A stretch of 64,000 nt of DNA from Alphaproteobacteria bacterium (GTDB lineage: Bacteria > Pseudomonadota > Alphaproteobacteria > MPNO01 > UBA830): positions 2,336,001 to 2,400,000 of the forward strand of contig OZ219790.1 in NCBI GenBank assembly GCA_964291215.2, in the 5' to 3' direction. The notes under the pieces were generated by a model. That model did no database searches and was not told where the DNA came from. It worked only from the letters and a program-made list of their open reading frames with translations. Every line of letters starts with the position of its first letter. Position 1 is the first letter of the stretch. A program made the position numbers and the translations under genes. Below, in pieces: positions 30,771 through 40,308 of the stretch.

Positions 30771-30823
30771 GGGTTTCTCCTGTACAGGTTCCGGGGCGGC
30801 GCCGAAGGCGCCGCATCCCGCGG

Positions 30824-32035
30824 TCAGACCGTCGTGGCGCCCAACATACCGGAACGGCGAAGCGAGGTAATCATCGCGGCGTTGAGCATGAATTCGCGCG
30901 CCCGCCGGGGGTCGGCTGCGATCGCACGCATCTCGTCGAGATTGCGCCGGCGGACCTCGGGGTCACGTTCCTCCATCAGCTTCTTGTTGCGTTCCGTAAT
31001 AGCGTTGATGGCATTGACGGCCTCGGGGCGGCGCTGCCCCTCGTAACCGTCGAGTTCCGCCTCGCCGGCATCGCCATGCCAGACCCGCGCCAGGCGGCTG
31101 CACAGCCCGAGAGCGTCATGCAGCCCGCCGTTCAACCCCATGCCGCCGAGCGGATTGTTGATGTGGGCGGCGTCGCCGGCGAGAAAAGCGCGTCCCTTGC
31201 GATAGGTCCGCGCCACGCGCTGGGACACGCGGTAAATGGCGCGGACGAGAATCGGATAGTCGCCCTCGCGGGGCAGGAGGTTCTGGAGCGCGTTCTGGAG
31301 GTGGCGGTCGGTGATCGCGTCGTCGGGCCCGACCGTGGTCTCGACCGGCAGCACCACCCGCCACATGTCCGGAATCTCGAGAAGAAGGAACCATTCGACG
31401 GGATCGGCCGTGTAGTTGACCGAGCAGATGTCGGGCATGTGGGCACGGAAATCGTACTGCGTGCCGGCGACCAGGAAGTGTTCCGGATGGGTGAAGCCCT
31501 CGAAGGCGATTCCGAGTTCCCTGCGCACCGTCGACCGTCCGCCGTCGGCGGCGATCAGCCAGGCGCCGGCGATCTCGACCGGGCCGGCGGGCGTGTCGCA
31601 GCTTACGGTAACGCCGTCATCGCCCTGGCTGACGCCGGTAACGCGGTGACGGAACAGGATCTCGGCGTTGCCGTCGGCGGCCAGGCGTCCGTACAGCCAT
31701 TCGACCAGCTTGAACTGCTCGCACTGCAGGCGGAACGGATATGAGGTCTCGTCGCTGATGGCACCAAGATCGAATTCGGCGATGCGCCCCTTGCGGCGGT
31801 CGCGAAACTGCCAGACCGGGCATTTCAGCCCGCGATCGAGCAGGGCGCCGGTAATGCCGCTCTCCTCGAACAGATCGAGCGTCGGCGGATGGAACGTCGA
31901 GGCGCGGTAGTCGATCTGGACAGCATCCTCGGCCTCGATCAGGGTGACCGGAATGCCGGCGCGCGCAAGGAGCCAGGCAGCGGTCGACCCGACCGGCCCG
32001 CCGCCGACAACCAGAATGCGGTCCCTTCCAGCCAT
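30824..32035 (-). CDS. FAD-dependent monooxygenase (MhpA/PHBH-like)
   Basis: VVGGGPVG, ADGGRSTVR, GDAAHINNPLGGMGLNGG. Confidence 0.9.
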   Translation of the reverse strand: MAGRDRILVVGGGPVGSTAAWLLARAGIPVTLIEAEDAVQIDYRASTFHPPTLDLFEESGITGALLDRGLKCPVWQFRDRRKGRIAEFDLGAISDETSYPFRLQCEQFKLVEWLYGRLAADGNAEILFRHRVTGVSQGDDGVTVSCDTPAGPVEIAGAWLIAADGGRSTVRRELGIAFEGFTHPEHFLVAGTQYDFRAHMPDICSVNYTADPVEWFLLLEIPDMWRVVLPVETTVGPDDAITDRHLQNALQNLLPREGDYPILVRAIYRVSQRVARTYRKGRAFLAGDAAHINNPLGGMGLNGGLHDALGLCSRLARVWHGDAGEAELDGYEGQRRPEAVNAINAITERNKKLMEERDPEVRRRNLDEMRAIAADPRRAREFMLNAAMITSLRRSGMLGATTV

Positions 32036-32164
32036 GTGCCTCCCCGTTTTCCGTTCACTGTTTTTCGCGCCGACGCCCTGTCCGGTCAAGGACCCCGGGT
32101 GGAGCTTGCTGTAAGATGCCGGCGTGACGGCCCGCCCGCGGGGCCAACGGAAAGGGGAACGCCC

Positions 32165-33049
32165 ATGAAACCTGCCGAACGCACGCCGTTCTCGGCCATC
32201 GAGGACCGTCCGCGGCTCTCTCTGCCTGACGGCGGACGGATGATCGTGTGGCCGCTCATGTCGCTCGAGGTATGGGATATCGACCGCGCCATGGCGCGCA
32301 CGGTGCTGCCGCCGCCGCAACACCGGCAGATGCTGCCCGACATCCCGAACTGGTCGTGGCACGAATACGGCATGCGGGTGGGATTCTGGCGCCTCAGGAA
32401 GCTGTTCGACGAAATGGGCCTCCCGATGACGGTGACGATGAACGGCCGCGTCTGCGAGACCTATCCGAGGGTGCTCGAGGCCTGCCTCGAATCGGGGTGG
32501 GAGTTCAACGCCCATTCATGGGAACAGCGGCCGATGCACGAAGTCGAGGACGAGCGCGAGAGCATGGACAGGACGGCCGACGCCATCGAGGCGTTCGCGG
32601 GCTATCGCCCGCGCGGGTGGTTCGGACCCGGGCTTACCGAGACATTCGACACGCTCGATCACCTCTCCGCGGCCGGGTTCGAGTATGTCGGCGACTGGGC
32701 GTTCGACGATCAGCCGGTCCGGCTGAAGACGACCCATGGCGACATCACGGCGCTGCCGTACAATTTCGAGATACACGACATCGTCGTCTCGATGATCCAG
32801 AACCTGCCGTCGCACGCCTATCGCGACCGCGCCGTGGATCACTTCGAGACGATCTACGCGGAGAGCGAGTCCTCTGTGCGCGTCATGTCCCTCGCCGTCC
32901 ACCCGTACATCTCCGGGACGGCACACCGCATCCGCTATATCCGCGAGACCCTCGAGCACATCCTGTCGATGCCCGGAGTCGTCGCGATGAGCGGTGACCG
33001 GATTCTCGACTGGTACAACGCCCACACCACACGGTCCGCACAGGGGTGA
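32165..33049 (+). CDS. Polysaccharide deacetylase (CE4) family, PuuE-like
   Basis: NWSWHEYGMRVG.WR, PRGW.GPG, LPY..E..D, HPYISG..HR. Confidence 0.85.
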   Translation: MKPAERTPFSAIEDRPRLSLPDGGRMIVWPLMSLEVWDIDRAMARTVLPPPQHRQMLPDIPNWSWHEYGMRVGFWRLRKLFDEMGLPMTVTMNGRVCETYPRVLEACLESGWEFNAHSWEQRPMHEVEDERESMDRTADAIEAFAGYRPRGWFGPGLTETFDTLDHLSAAGFEYVGDWAFDDQPVRLKTTHGDITALPYNFEIHDIVVSMIQNLPSHAYRDRAVDHFETIYAESESSVRVMSLAVHPYISGTAHRIRYIRETLEHILSMPGVVAMSGDRILDWYNAHTTRSAQG

Positions 33050-33400
33050 ACCGGGCAGGCTCCGACGGGTCTTCCGGAACGCCAACCAGCGATTGCCCGC
33101 GCGTCTGCAGCGAACCCGGATCCAGACGTTCAGTGGCCACCGTGATACCAACGCCGGTCGCGGAGAGACCGGCGCCGGCCGGAGTCGTTGCACGGGTTGG
33201 CCGTGAGCGCCGACGACGGCGTCACCGAGCGGCCGCGTGAAAACGATGCCGGACGAGGCCCTGCATCCCAGCAAGACTGTCAGCGACCGCCGACAATATG
33301 GAACGCTGCTTCCAACTTTCCCCTGCCCCCTACCTTGGGACACGACCTCGGGAGACAGTAGCGCCGACGATCATCGGGATGTATGCTGCCCCCACGGAGA

Positions 33401-33997
33401 ATGTTGAAGATGCTCTCTGCAACCGCACCAATTCTGCGCACCGGCCTCGTCATCGCGGCCGCGGCAATTATCGTCGCAAGCCCGGCGCTGCAGGCCAATC
33501 CCTACGATCACGTGAAGATCGGCCCCGCCGTCGGCACGACGATTCCCTGCGACCTGACGGCCCGGGACCAGCACGAACAGGAACGGAATATCAAGGCGCT
33601 GGCCCACAAGCGGGGCCTCGTGATCCTGTTCACCAAGTCGCTCGACTGGTGACGATCCTGCAAGATCCAGGCGGTCGCCTGGAACCCCCGCGTCAGCGAC
33701 TTTCAAGCGCTCGGATACAATGTCGTGATGGTTACCCATGACGATGTCGGCGTGATCGCCGGTTTCGCAGGTTCCCGCGACATCAGCTACACAATCCTTT
33801 CCGATTCCGGCGCAACGGTCATCCCTGCCTTCGGCCTGGCCAACAGCCGTTATCCGGAAGGCAGTCCGTTTTACGGCGTGGCCGAGAAATTCATCCTCGT
33901 GACCGATGCGGACGGGGTCGTGCGGCACCGTTTCTCGAAACCGTATCCTGGCGTCGAAGCGGTGCTCACGGCGATACGCGAAAGCGGCGGTTCGTAG
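33401..33997 (+). CDS. Selenocysteine-containing AhpC/TSA (thioredoxin-fold) protein with signal peptide
   Basis: ORFs 33383-33652 and 33725-33997 are in frame; TGA 33650 sits in DW-U-RS-C (UxxC); SECIS-like hairpin follows; GGAG RBS before ATG 33401. Confidence 0.85.
33650..33683 (+). promoter_or_regulatory. Bacterial SECIS element
   Basis: Stem TCCAGGC/GCCTGGA (33666-33683) with GGTC apical loop about 20 nt after the in-frame UGA. Confidence 0.75.
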
Positions 33998-34020
33998 CTT
34001 CGCCGACGATCCCGCCATCC

Positions 34021-36372
34021 TTAACCGGATTGGTGCCCCCGGACGCCGTTCCCGCCTCCACCGCGGTCGGCACGGACGAGTTCAACGATCTTCGCCGGCG
34101 TCACCGGATAGTCACTGATGCGGACGTCGAACGGCGAGAGCGCGCTCTCGATTGCCGAGACGATGGCCGCTGCTGCGGGTACGGTGCCGGTTTCCCCGAC
34201 GCCCTTCACGCCGAGCGGATTGAGCGGCGACGGCGACTGCCGGTGGATCAGTTCGAGTGCCACCAGTTCGGCCGCTGTCGGCATCGTGTATTCCCCGAAA
34301 TTGGTCGTCAACGGCTGACCGGCGCCATCGTAGCCCATCCATTCGAACAGGGCGTTGCCGATGCCGTGGACCACGCCGCCGACGATCTGACCGTCGACCA
34401 TCATCGGGTTGATCAACGTGCCGCAGTCGCTGACCACGACATAACGCTGCAGGGTCACCCCGCCGGTGCCAACATCGACCTCGAGCTCGACGGCATGCGC
34501 GCCGTTGGAATAGGTCAGCGCTCCGGGCTTGAAATGGCAGTTCGATTCGAGTCCCGGATCGATCGCGCCGGGCATCGAGTAGCCGGGTGCGCCAGCGCTC
34601 GCCTCCGCGATCGCGCGGATCGGAACGACCAGATCGGAACCCCTGACGCGCACCCGTCCGTCGGCAATCTCGAGGTCGTCCTCGGCAGCCTCGAGGAGGT
34701 GCGCAGCCATCGCCAGGACCTTGGACCGGACCTCCGCCGAGGCAATGTGCACCGACGAGCCCGCGGTCACGGTCTGGCGGCTCGCGAAGCCACCGAAACC
34801 CAACGCAACGGTATCGGTGTCGCCGGAGACGACCTCGATCTCCGCGCAGTCGATGCCGAGCTGTGCCGCAGCCACCTGAGCCAGCATCGTCTTCAGCCCC
34901 TGGCCCATGGCGAGCGCTCCGGTGAAGACGCGCACCTTGCCCGAACGCTCAATGCGCACCGTCCCCGATTCGAACGGTCCCCGCCCCGTCCCCTTGAGGC
35001 TGTTGGCGATACCGATCCCGAGATGACGTCCGCCGCGCCGCGCCGCAGCCTGGCGGTCGGCGAAGCCCGCGTAGTCGATGGCGTCGAGCACCGCCTGCAG
35101 GGATGCCGGGAAGTCGCCGCTGTCGGGCATGACGGGCGTGCCGGCCCGCGTCTTGAGCGGCGATTCGTAGGGCATGAGGTCGCCGGGAATAAGATTTCTC
35201 CGGCGGATCTCGGCGCGGTCGATTCCGAGGCCGTCGGCAGCGCGGTCAAGTAGCCGCTCCATCACGTAGTTGCCCTGGGGATAGCCGGCGCCTCTCACCG
35301 GCGACGCCGCGACGGTGTTGGTTTCCACGACCTCCACGTCGATCCGGTAGGCCGGCACGACATACGGTCCCGGCACCGCGGTCGACGCGTTGTAGGCGAG
35401 GTTGATGCCCTGGGGGGTGTAGGCGCCCTGGTCGTTGAGCATCCGCCCCCGTATGCCGAGGACACGGCCCCCGGCGTCGATGGCGATCTCCATCGTCCAG
35501 TCCTGCTCCCGCTCCTGGATGGCGGAAGTGAAGTGCTCGCGGCGATCTTCTATCCACTTGACGGGGGCATCGAGAAGCCTCGCCGCCAGCGCCACCGCAA
35601 CCTCCTCGCCGTAGGCGATGAACTTGGAGCCGAAACCACCGCCGACATCCGGCGCCACCACCCGGATCCTGCCCTCGTCGATCGCCAGCATCCGCACGAT
35701 CGCCGAGCGCACCTCGTGCGACATCTGGGTCGAGGACCACAGGGTCAGGCGGTCGTCCGGCCGGTCGTAGCGCGCCACGGCGCCACGGCCCTCGATCGGG
35801 TGGGCGCCCCCGCGGTGCTGCACGAAACGCTCCCGAAACACGCGATCGGCGTTGGCGAAGGCCGAATCCACGTCTCCGTAATCCTGTCCGAACCGCACCA
35901 GGACATTGCCGCTCCGGCCGCGGTGCACGGGCGGAGCGCCGTCTGCCGCCGCCGCGGCGCTGCCGGCCACCGACGGCAGCGGCTCGTATTCAATCCCGAC
36001 GAGCGGCGCCGCGTCTTCCGCCGCGTAGCGGCTGTCGGCAACCACCATCGCCACCGCCTCGCCGACATGGCAGACCTCGTCGCCGGCCAGAAGCCACGGC
36101 GTGACGTCGCCGGGGAGGTTTCCGGTCGGGAACTGCAGCGGCAGGCGCCGGTCCGCAACATGCGGCGCGAAATCCGCCAGCGAATAGACGGCCCGGACGC
36201 CGGGCAGCGCGCGCGCAGCGGACGCTTCGACCGAATGAACGAGCGCGTGGGGGTGCGGACTTCTGACGAAGGCCGCGTGGAGCATTCCCGGAAGGTGAAT
36301 GTCGTCGACGAACACCCCCCGGCCGCGCAGCAGCGGCGGATCCTCGATGCGCTTCGTGCGCGCGCCGATCAT
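34021..36372 (-). CDS. Xanthine dehydrogenase family molybdopterin-binding subunit (CoxL-like)
   Basis: RIED..LLRG.G.FVDD, DVGGGFGSK, GQG..T, GVKGVGE; active-site loop PVRGAG. Confidence 0.92.
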   Translation of the reverse strand: MIGARTKRIEDPPLLRGRGVFVDDIHLPGMLHAAFVRSPHPHALVHSVEASAARALPGVRAVYSLADFAPHVADRRLPLQFPTGNLPGDVTPWLLAGDEVCHVGEAVAMVVADSRYAAEDAAPLVGIEYEPLPSVAGSAAAAADGAPPVHRGRSGNVLVRFGQDYGDVDSAFANADRVFRERFVQHRGGAHPIEGRGAVARYDRPDDRLTLWSSTQMSHEVRSAIVRMLAIDEGRIRVVAPDVGGGFGSKFIAYGEEVAVALAARLLDAPVKWIEDRREHFTSAIQEREQDWTMEIAIDAGGRVLGIRGRMLNDQGAYTPQGINLAYNASTAVPGPYVVPAYRIDVEVVETNTVAASPVRGAGYPQGNYVMERLLDRAADGLGIDRAEIRRRNLIPGDLMPYESPLKTRAGTPVMPDSGDFPASLQAVLDAIDYAGFADRQAAARRGGRHLGIGIANSLKGTGRGPFESGTVRIERSGKVRVFTGALAMGQGLKTMLAQVAAAQLGIDCAEIEVVSGDTDTVALGFGGFASRQTVTAGSSVHIASAEVRSKVLAMAAHLLEAAEDDLEIADGRVRVRGSDLVVPIRAIAEASAGAPGYSMPGAIDPGLESNCHFKPGALTYSNGAHAVELEVDVGTGGVTLQRYVVVSDCGTLINPMMVDGQIVGGVVHGIGNALFEWMGYDGAGQPLTTNFGEYTMPTAAELVALELIHRQSPSPLNPLGVKGVGETGTVPAAAAIVSAIESALSPFDVRISDYPVTPAKIVELVRADRGGGGNGVRGHQSG

Positions 36373-36968
36373 GGCCGCGATCCCGGGCCGGTCAGCAACC
36401 GCCCGTTGCGGAACAGGCGCCTGCGCTCGGCTGCGTCCCAGTTACGGTTGAAGGGAGTTGGTGGGCCGGGCATGACCCGCACCCACAGGAAGCGCGGCGC
36501 CGGCGACTCCTCGAGAAAACACCGAGATGCAAGGATCGTCGCCTCGTCCTCCAGGGTCATGACCGCCGGGAATCCGGCACCCTCGGCCATCAGCGCAAGA
36601 TCGGTTCGCCGTGCGGTGTGCCCCGGCTGCCCCCCGGTCTCGCCGTGGGCGCCGTTGTCGATGCAAACCACGGTCAGGTTGCCCGGGGCCGCAGAAGCGA
36701 CGGTCGCCAACGCGCCCGCATTCATCAGGAGTTCGCCGTCGCCCGTGATCACCGCGACCCTCTCGGACGGCGCCGCCAGCGCCATGCCGAGCCCCATCGC
36801 AACCGCACCGCCCATCGCTCCGCCTAAGGCGAAGAGATTGTCCGTCTCGCCGGTCAACGCCGCGGCGTCCCTCCCGGCCCCGGCAAGTCCCGACACAAAC
36901 AGCGCGGCCTGCGGATCGGGAAAGAGCGCCGGCAGCAGGCCGCGGCGATCGAGCGTCGGGGCCGTCAT
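36369..36968 (-). CDS. TPP-binding decarboxylase beta-subunit-like protein (ComE/Ppd C-terminal type)
   Basis: GAMG, TGDGELLMN..DNG..ETGGQ TPP motif. Confidence 0.8.
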   Translation of the reverse strand: MTAPTLDRRGLLPALFPDPQAALFVSGLAGAGRDAAALTGETDNLFALGGAMGGAVAMGLGMALAAPSERVAVITGDGELLMNAGALATVASAAPGNLTVVCIDNGAHGETGGQPGHTARRTDLALMAEGAGFPAVMTLEDEATILASRCFLEESPAPRFLWVRVMPGPPTPFNRNWDAAERRRLFRNGRLLTGPGSRP

Positions 36969-37158
36969 CGCCAGGCCCCGCCGCAAAGAGGGACCATGCC
37001 CGCTGGAAAGCCGACGCGCTCCTCCCGTCCGGCAACTTCCACTTCAGCCATCCCGTCACACCCTTTCCGGCTCCCGCGGCACGAATCCATTGCTAACATA
37101 GCGGCACCGCGGAAGCGACCGGGCGCGATCCCGGGGGCGCTGCGCCCCCTTCCCGCGG

Positions 37159-37351
37159 CACGATGATCTCATGCTAATTCGGAGACGCGAAATCCGAATG
37201 TGTTGGGGCTCGGGTCATCACAGATCGCCTCCTTGATCGCAAATTTCGTGCCGAGAAGACCCCATCGAGCCTTGGCGGCACGATTGCAGCGCGACGCAAA
37301 CTGAAAAAGTTTCATCAGTCGTCGCCGGATTAGCAGCGTGGGATCACCGTG
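37159..37351. mobile_element. MITE-like element, copy 1 (193 bp)
   Basis: Imperfect TIRs CACGATGATCTCATGC / GCGTGGGATCACCGTG; aligns end to end with 48168-48359. Confidence 0.75.
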
Positions 37352-37369
37352 ACCTGGTGGTTTTCGGGC

Positions 37370-37398
37370 TTGACTTTCACGGCGGTGATTCGTAGAGT
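37370..37398 (+). promoter_or_regulatory. Putative sigma70 promoter of the ferritin-like gene
   Basis: TTGACT-N17-TAGAGT. Confidence 0.5.
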
Positions 37399-37434
37399 AA
37401 CGCTCACATCAACACTGGCCTGTTGGTGACCGGC

Positions 37435-38307
37435 ATGGGTAATTGGACTCTCGACGACATTCCCTGGGATAGCTTCGATCCTTCGCGGGTCGATCCGGGC
37501 GTCATCCCCATCATCAAGGCTGCAAGCCTCGTCGAGTACAATGCCGAGGACTACCGCATATACCTGAACCGGGTCTTCGACGGCGACAGCCGCCTGCAGG
37601 CGGCAATCAATTCATGGGCCGAAGAGGAGATCCAGCATGGCCGTGTCCTCGGCCGCTGGGCGGCTCTCGCGGACCCCGAATTCGACTTCGAGACCCGATT
37701 CGACCGGTTCCGGGACAATTTCCGTCTTCAGCTCGACGCGAGCGTATCGGTGCGGGGAACACGGGCCGGCGAGCTCGTGGCCCGGTGCATGGTCGAAACC
37801 GGCACGAACTCGTTCTATTCGGCGCTCGCGGACGCTACCGACGAGCCGGTTCTCAGGACCATCTGCCGGCGCATCGCCGACGACGAATACGCCCATTACT
37901 GCCTGTTCCACCGGAACATGCGCAGATACATGGAGCACGACCGGCTGACCCGCCTGAAAAGGGTCAGGGTGGCGTTCGGACGGATGTCGGAGTCCGAGGA
38001 CGACGAACTCGCCTCCGCCTACTGGGCGGCGAACAGCGACGGCCAGGCCTACGACCGGCGCGCCAATGCGGCCGCCTACACCCGGCGGGCACTGCGCTAC
38101 TACCGCCCGCAGCATGTCGCGCGCGGCGTGGAGATGATCTTCAATGCCGTCGGCATCGACGGTCGAAGCTCAGCCGGACGCCTGGCCGCCGGGGCAGTGA
38201 GGCTCTTCGTCTGGTACCGGCTCTGCGTCGCGACCCGTCTTCTGGTCGCTCTTGTCGAGGCAAGGCGGCGGTTCGCGCGACAGGACTCAGCGCCACAGCA
38301 GGCCTGA
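37435..38307 (+). CDS. Ferritin-like (di-iron) domain protein
   Basis: WTLDDIPW, WAEEEIQHG, RCMVETGT..Y, IADDEYAH (two ExxH). Confidence 0.8.
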   Translation: MGNWTLDDIPWDSFDPSRVDPGVIPIIKAASLVEYNAEDYRIYLNRVFDGDSRLQAAINSWAEEEIQHGRVLGRWAALADPEFDFETRFDRFRDNFRLQLDASVSVRGTRAGELVARCMVETGTNSFYSALADATDEPVLRTICRRIADDEYAHYCLFHRNMRRYMEHDRLTRLKRVRVAFGRMSESEDDELASAYWAANSDGQAYDRRANAAAYTRRALRYYRPQHVARGVEMIFNAVGIDGRSSAGRLAAGAVRLFVWYRLCVATRLLVALVEARRRFARQDSAPQQA

Positions 38308-38329
38308 CGGCGCCAGCCCGCCCTCCGGC

Positions 38330-38824
38330 TCAGCCGATCAGGGGGGCGAACTCGCGGACGACCGCGGCATAGACCTCGCGCTTGAAGGGCACGATCTCCC
38401 GCACCAGGGCCGACAGCGCACTCCATTTCCAGTCGCCGAATTCCGGCTCTTCGGTCGCGAGGTCGATTTCGGTTTCAGCGCCCGTGAACCGGAACAGGGT
38501 CCAGATCTGCGCCTGCCCGACATAGCGGCCGCCCCACAGCTGCCCGACGAGCTCGTCGGGCAGGTCGTAGGTCTTCCACTCGCCGGCAACGGCCAGACAG
38601 GACACCGAGCGAATGCCGGTTTCCTCCTCAAGCTCGCGGCGCGCGGCCGCTTCCGGCGTCTCGCCCGGCTCCATCCCGCCCTGGGGCATCTGCCAAGCAC
38701 CGGGCCTGTCGAGACGCTCGCCGGTGAACACTCGTCCCCGGCCGTCGACGAGCATGACGCCGACGCACGGACGATAGCCCTCCGGCAGCGCGCCGGGAAC
38801 CCCCGTTACCGCCGCTCCGCGCAC
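38330..38824 (-). CDS. rppH: RNA pyrophosphohydrolase (Nudix)
   Basis: YRPCVG, WQMPQGG..AARRELEEETG Nudix box, GQAQ.W, VPFKREVY; start approximate. Confidence 0.92.
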   Translation of the reverse strand: MRGAAVTGVPGALPEGYRPCVGVMLVDGRGRVFTGERLDRPGAWQMPQGGMEPGETPEAAARRELEEETGIRSVSCLAVAGEWKTYDLPDELVGQLWGGRYVGQAQIWTLFRFTGAETEIDLATEEPEFGDWKWSALSALVREIVPFKREVYAAVVREFAPLIG

Positions 38825-38828
38825 GACA

Positions 38829-40118
38829 TCAGTCCGTCGTCCGCCGCTGGTAAAGGGCAAGACCGCGCAGAAGGTCGACGGCCCTCGAGAGCTGGTAGTC
38901 GTCGGGGGGGGAGTCGTCGGGCGCAACCGCCTCGCCGGGCTCGGTTTCGCCACCCTCCTCCGTATCCGGGTTATCCAGCCGCCCGCGAAGGTTCTCCTCG
39001 CGCCGGCGCGAGGAGATGTCGAGTTTCTCGAGACGGGCCTGCTCGACGATGATATCAGGCTCGATCCCGGTCGCCTGGATCGAGCGGCCCGACGGGGTGT
39101 AGTAGTGTGCGGTGGTCAGCCGGATGGCACCATGCGGGCCGAGCGGCATGATCGTCTGCACGGACCCCTTGCCGAATGTCCGGGTGCCCATGATCACCGC
39201 TCGGCCATGATCCTGCAGCGCCCCGGCAACGATTTCGGATGCAGACGCCGAACCGCCATTGACCAGAACGACCATCGGAAGCCCGTTCAGGAGATCGCCC
39301 GACTTGGCATTGAAGCGCTGCCCCTCCTCCGGATCCCGCGTGCGGGTGGACACGATCTCTCCCCGGACGAGAAACGCGTCAGCGACGCCGACCGACTGGT
39401 CCAGCAACCCTCCGGGATTGTTGCGGAGGTCGAGCACGAGACCCTTCAGGCCGTCTTTCGCGGCTTCCGTCACTTTCCCGATCTCTCGCTCAAGCCCCGG
39501 GGTGGTGGCCTCGCTGAACGACGTGATCCGGATATAGCCGATGTCGTCGTGCTCGATGCGCGACCGGACAGAGCGGATCTTGATGACGGCCCGGGTCACC
39601 TTGACCTCGAACGGCTCGCGCCCGGCCCTCCGAATCATGAGCCTGATATCGGTGTCGGGCTTGCCGCGCATCCGCTCGACGGCCTCGGAGAGCGTCAGCC
39701 CGAGCACGGGCTCGTCGTCAAGGTGGGTGATAAGGTCGCCTGGCTTCAACCCGGCGCGAAAGGCCGGCGTGTCGTCGATCGGAGACACCACCTTTATGAG
39801 GCCGTTCTCCATGGTCACCTCGATGCCGAGGCCGCCGAACTCGCCGCGCGTCTGGACCTGCATGTCCTGGAACCGTTTGGGGCTCAGGTACCCGGAATGC
39901 GGATCGAGCGATGTCAGCATCCCGTTGATGGCTGCCTCCATCAGGTCCTCGTCGGTGACTTCCTCGACATAGCCCGCGCGAATGCGCTCGAAGACATCCC
40001 CGAACAACTCGAGCTGCCGGTAGGTCTGGGTGTTCACTCCCGCGTCCTGGGCCGCCGAAGCGCCCGCAAGCGCAACCGTCACGACGCAGAATGTCATCAG
40101 TCTCGCAATCAATCGCAT
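38829..40118 (-). CDS. ctpA: S41 carboxyl-terminal processing protease
   Basis: LDPHS, PDZ GGLGIEV, DLRNNPGG, SASASEI, FGKGSVQ. Confidence 0.93.
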   Translation of the reverse strand: MRLIARLMTFCVVTVALAGASAAQDAGVNTQTYRQLELFGDVFERIRAGYVEEVTDEDLMEAAINGMLTSLDPHSGYLSPKRFQDMQVQTRGEFGGLGIEVTMENGLIKVVSPIDDTPAFRAGLKPGDLITHLDDEPVLGLTLSEAVERMRGKPDTDIRLMIRRAGREPFEVKVTRAVIKIRSVRSRIEHDDIGYIRITSFSEATTPGLEREIGKVTEAAKDGLKGLVLDLRNNPGGLLDQSVGVADAFLVRGEIVSTRTRDPEEGQRFNAKSGDLLNGLPMVVLVNGGSASASEIVAGALQDHGRAVIMGTRTFGKGSVQTIMPLGPHGAIRLTTAHYYTPSGRSIQATGIEPDIIVEQARLEKLDISSRRREENLRGRLDNPDTEEGGETEPGEAVAPDDSPPDDYQLSRAVDLLRGLALYQRRTTD

Positions 40119-40308
40119 GATTATCGCTCGCTTGCCGTATTTCCGGCTCCCGCGGGCCGGCCGGAGATACCCCCGGTCCATTCCACCGCCCTGATGGCGG
40201 CTACGATAACAGGATTCGGGCCCAGGCGACACTCCCCGGCGCCCATCGGGAGCCGGGATTTGCGAGCGGCGCCTTGCCGGAGGCGAGCCGCCGCGGAAGC
40301 CGCCGCCG

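Noticed and set aside
33383-33997. Pseudogene or two small genes
   Set aside because: The TGA falls exactly at the redox Cys position and is followed by a SECIS-like hairpin; recoding fits better.
34021-36372. True aerobic CO dehydrogenase CoxL
   Set aside because: Active-site loop is PVRGAG, not AYxCSFR; no coxMS adjacent.
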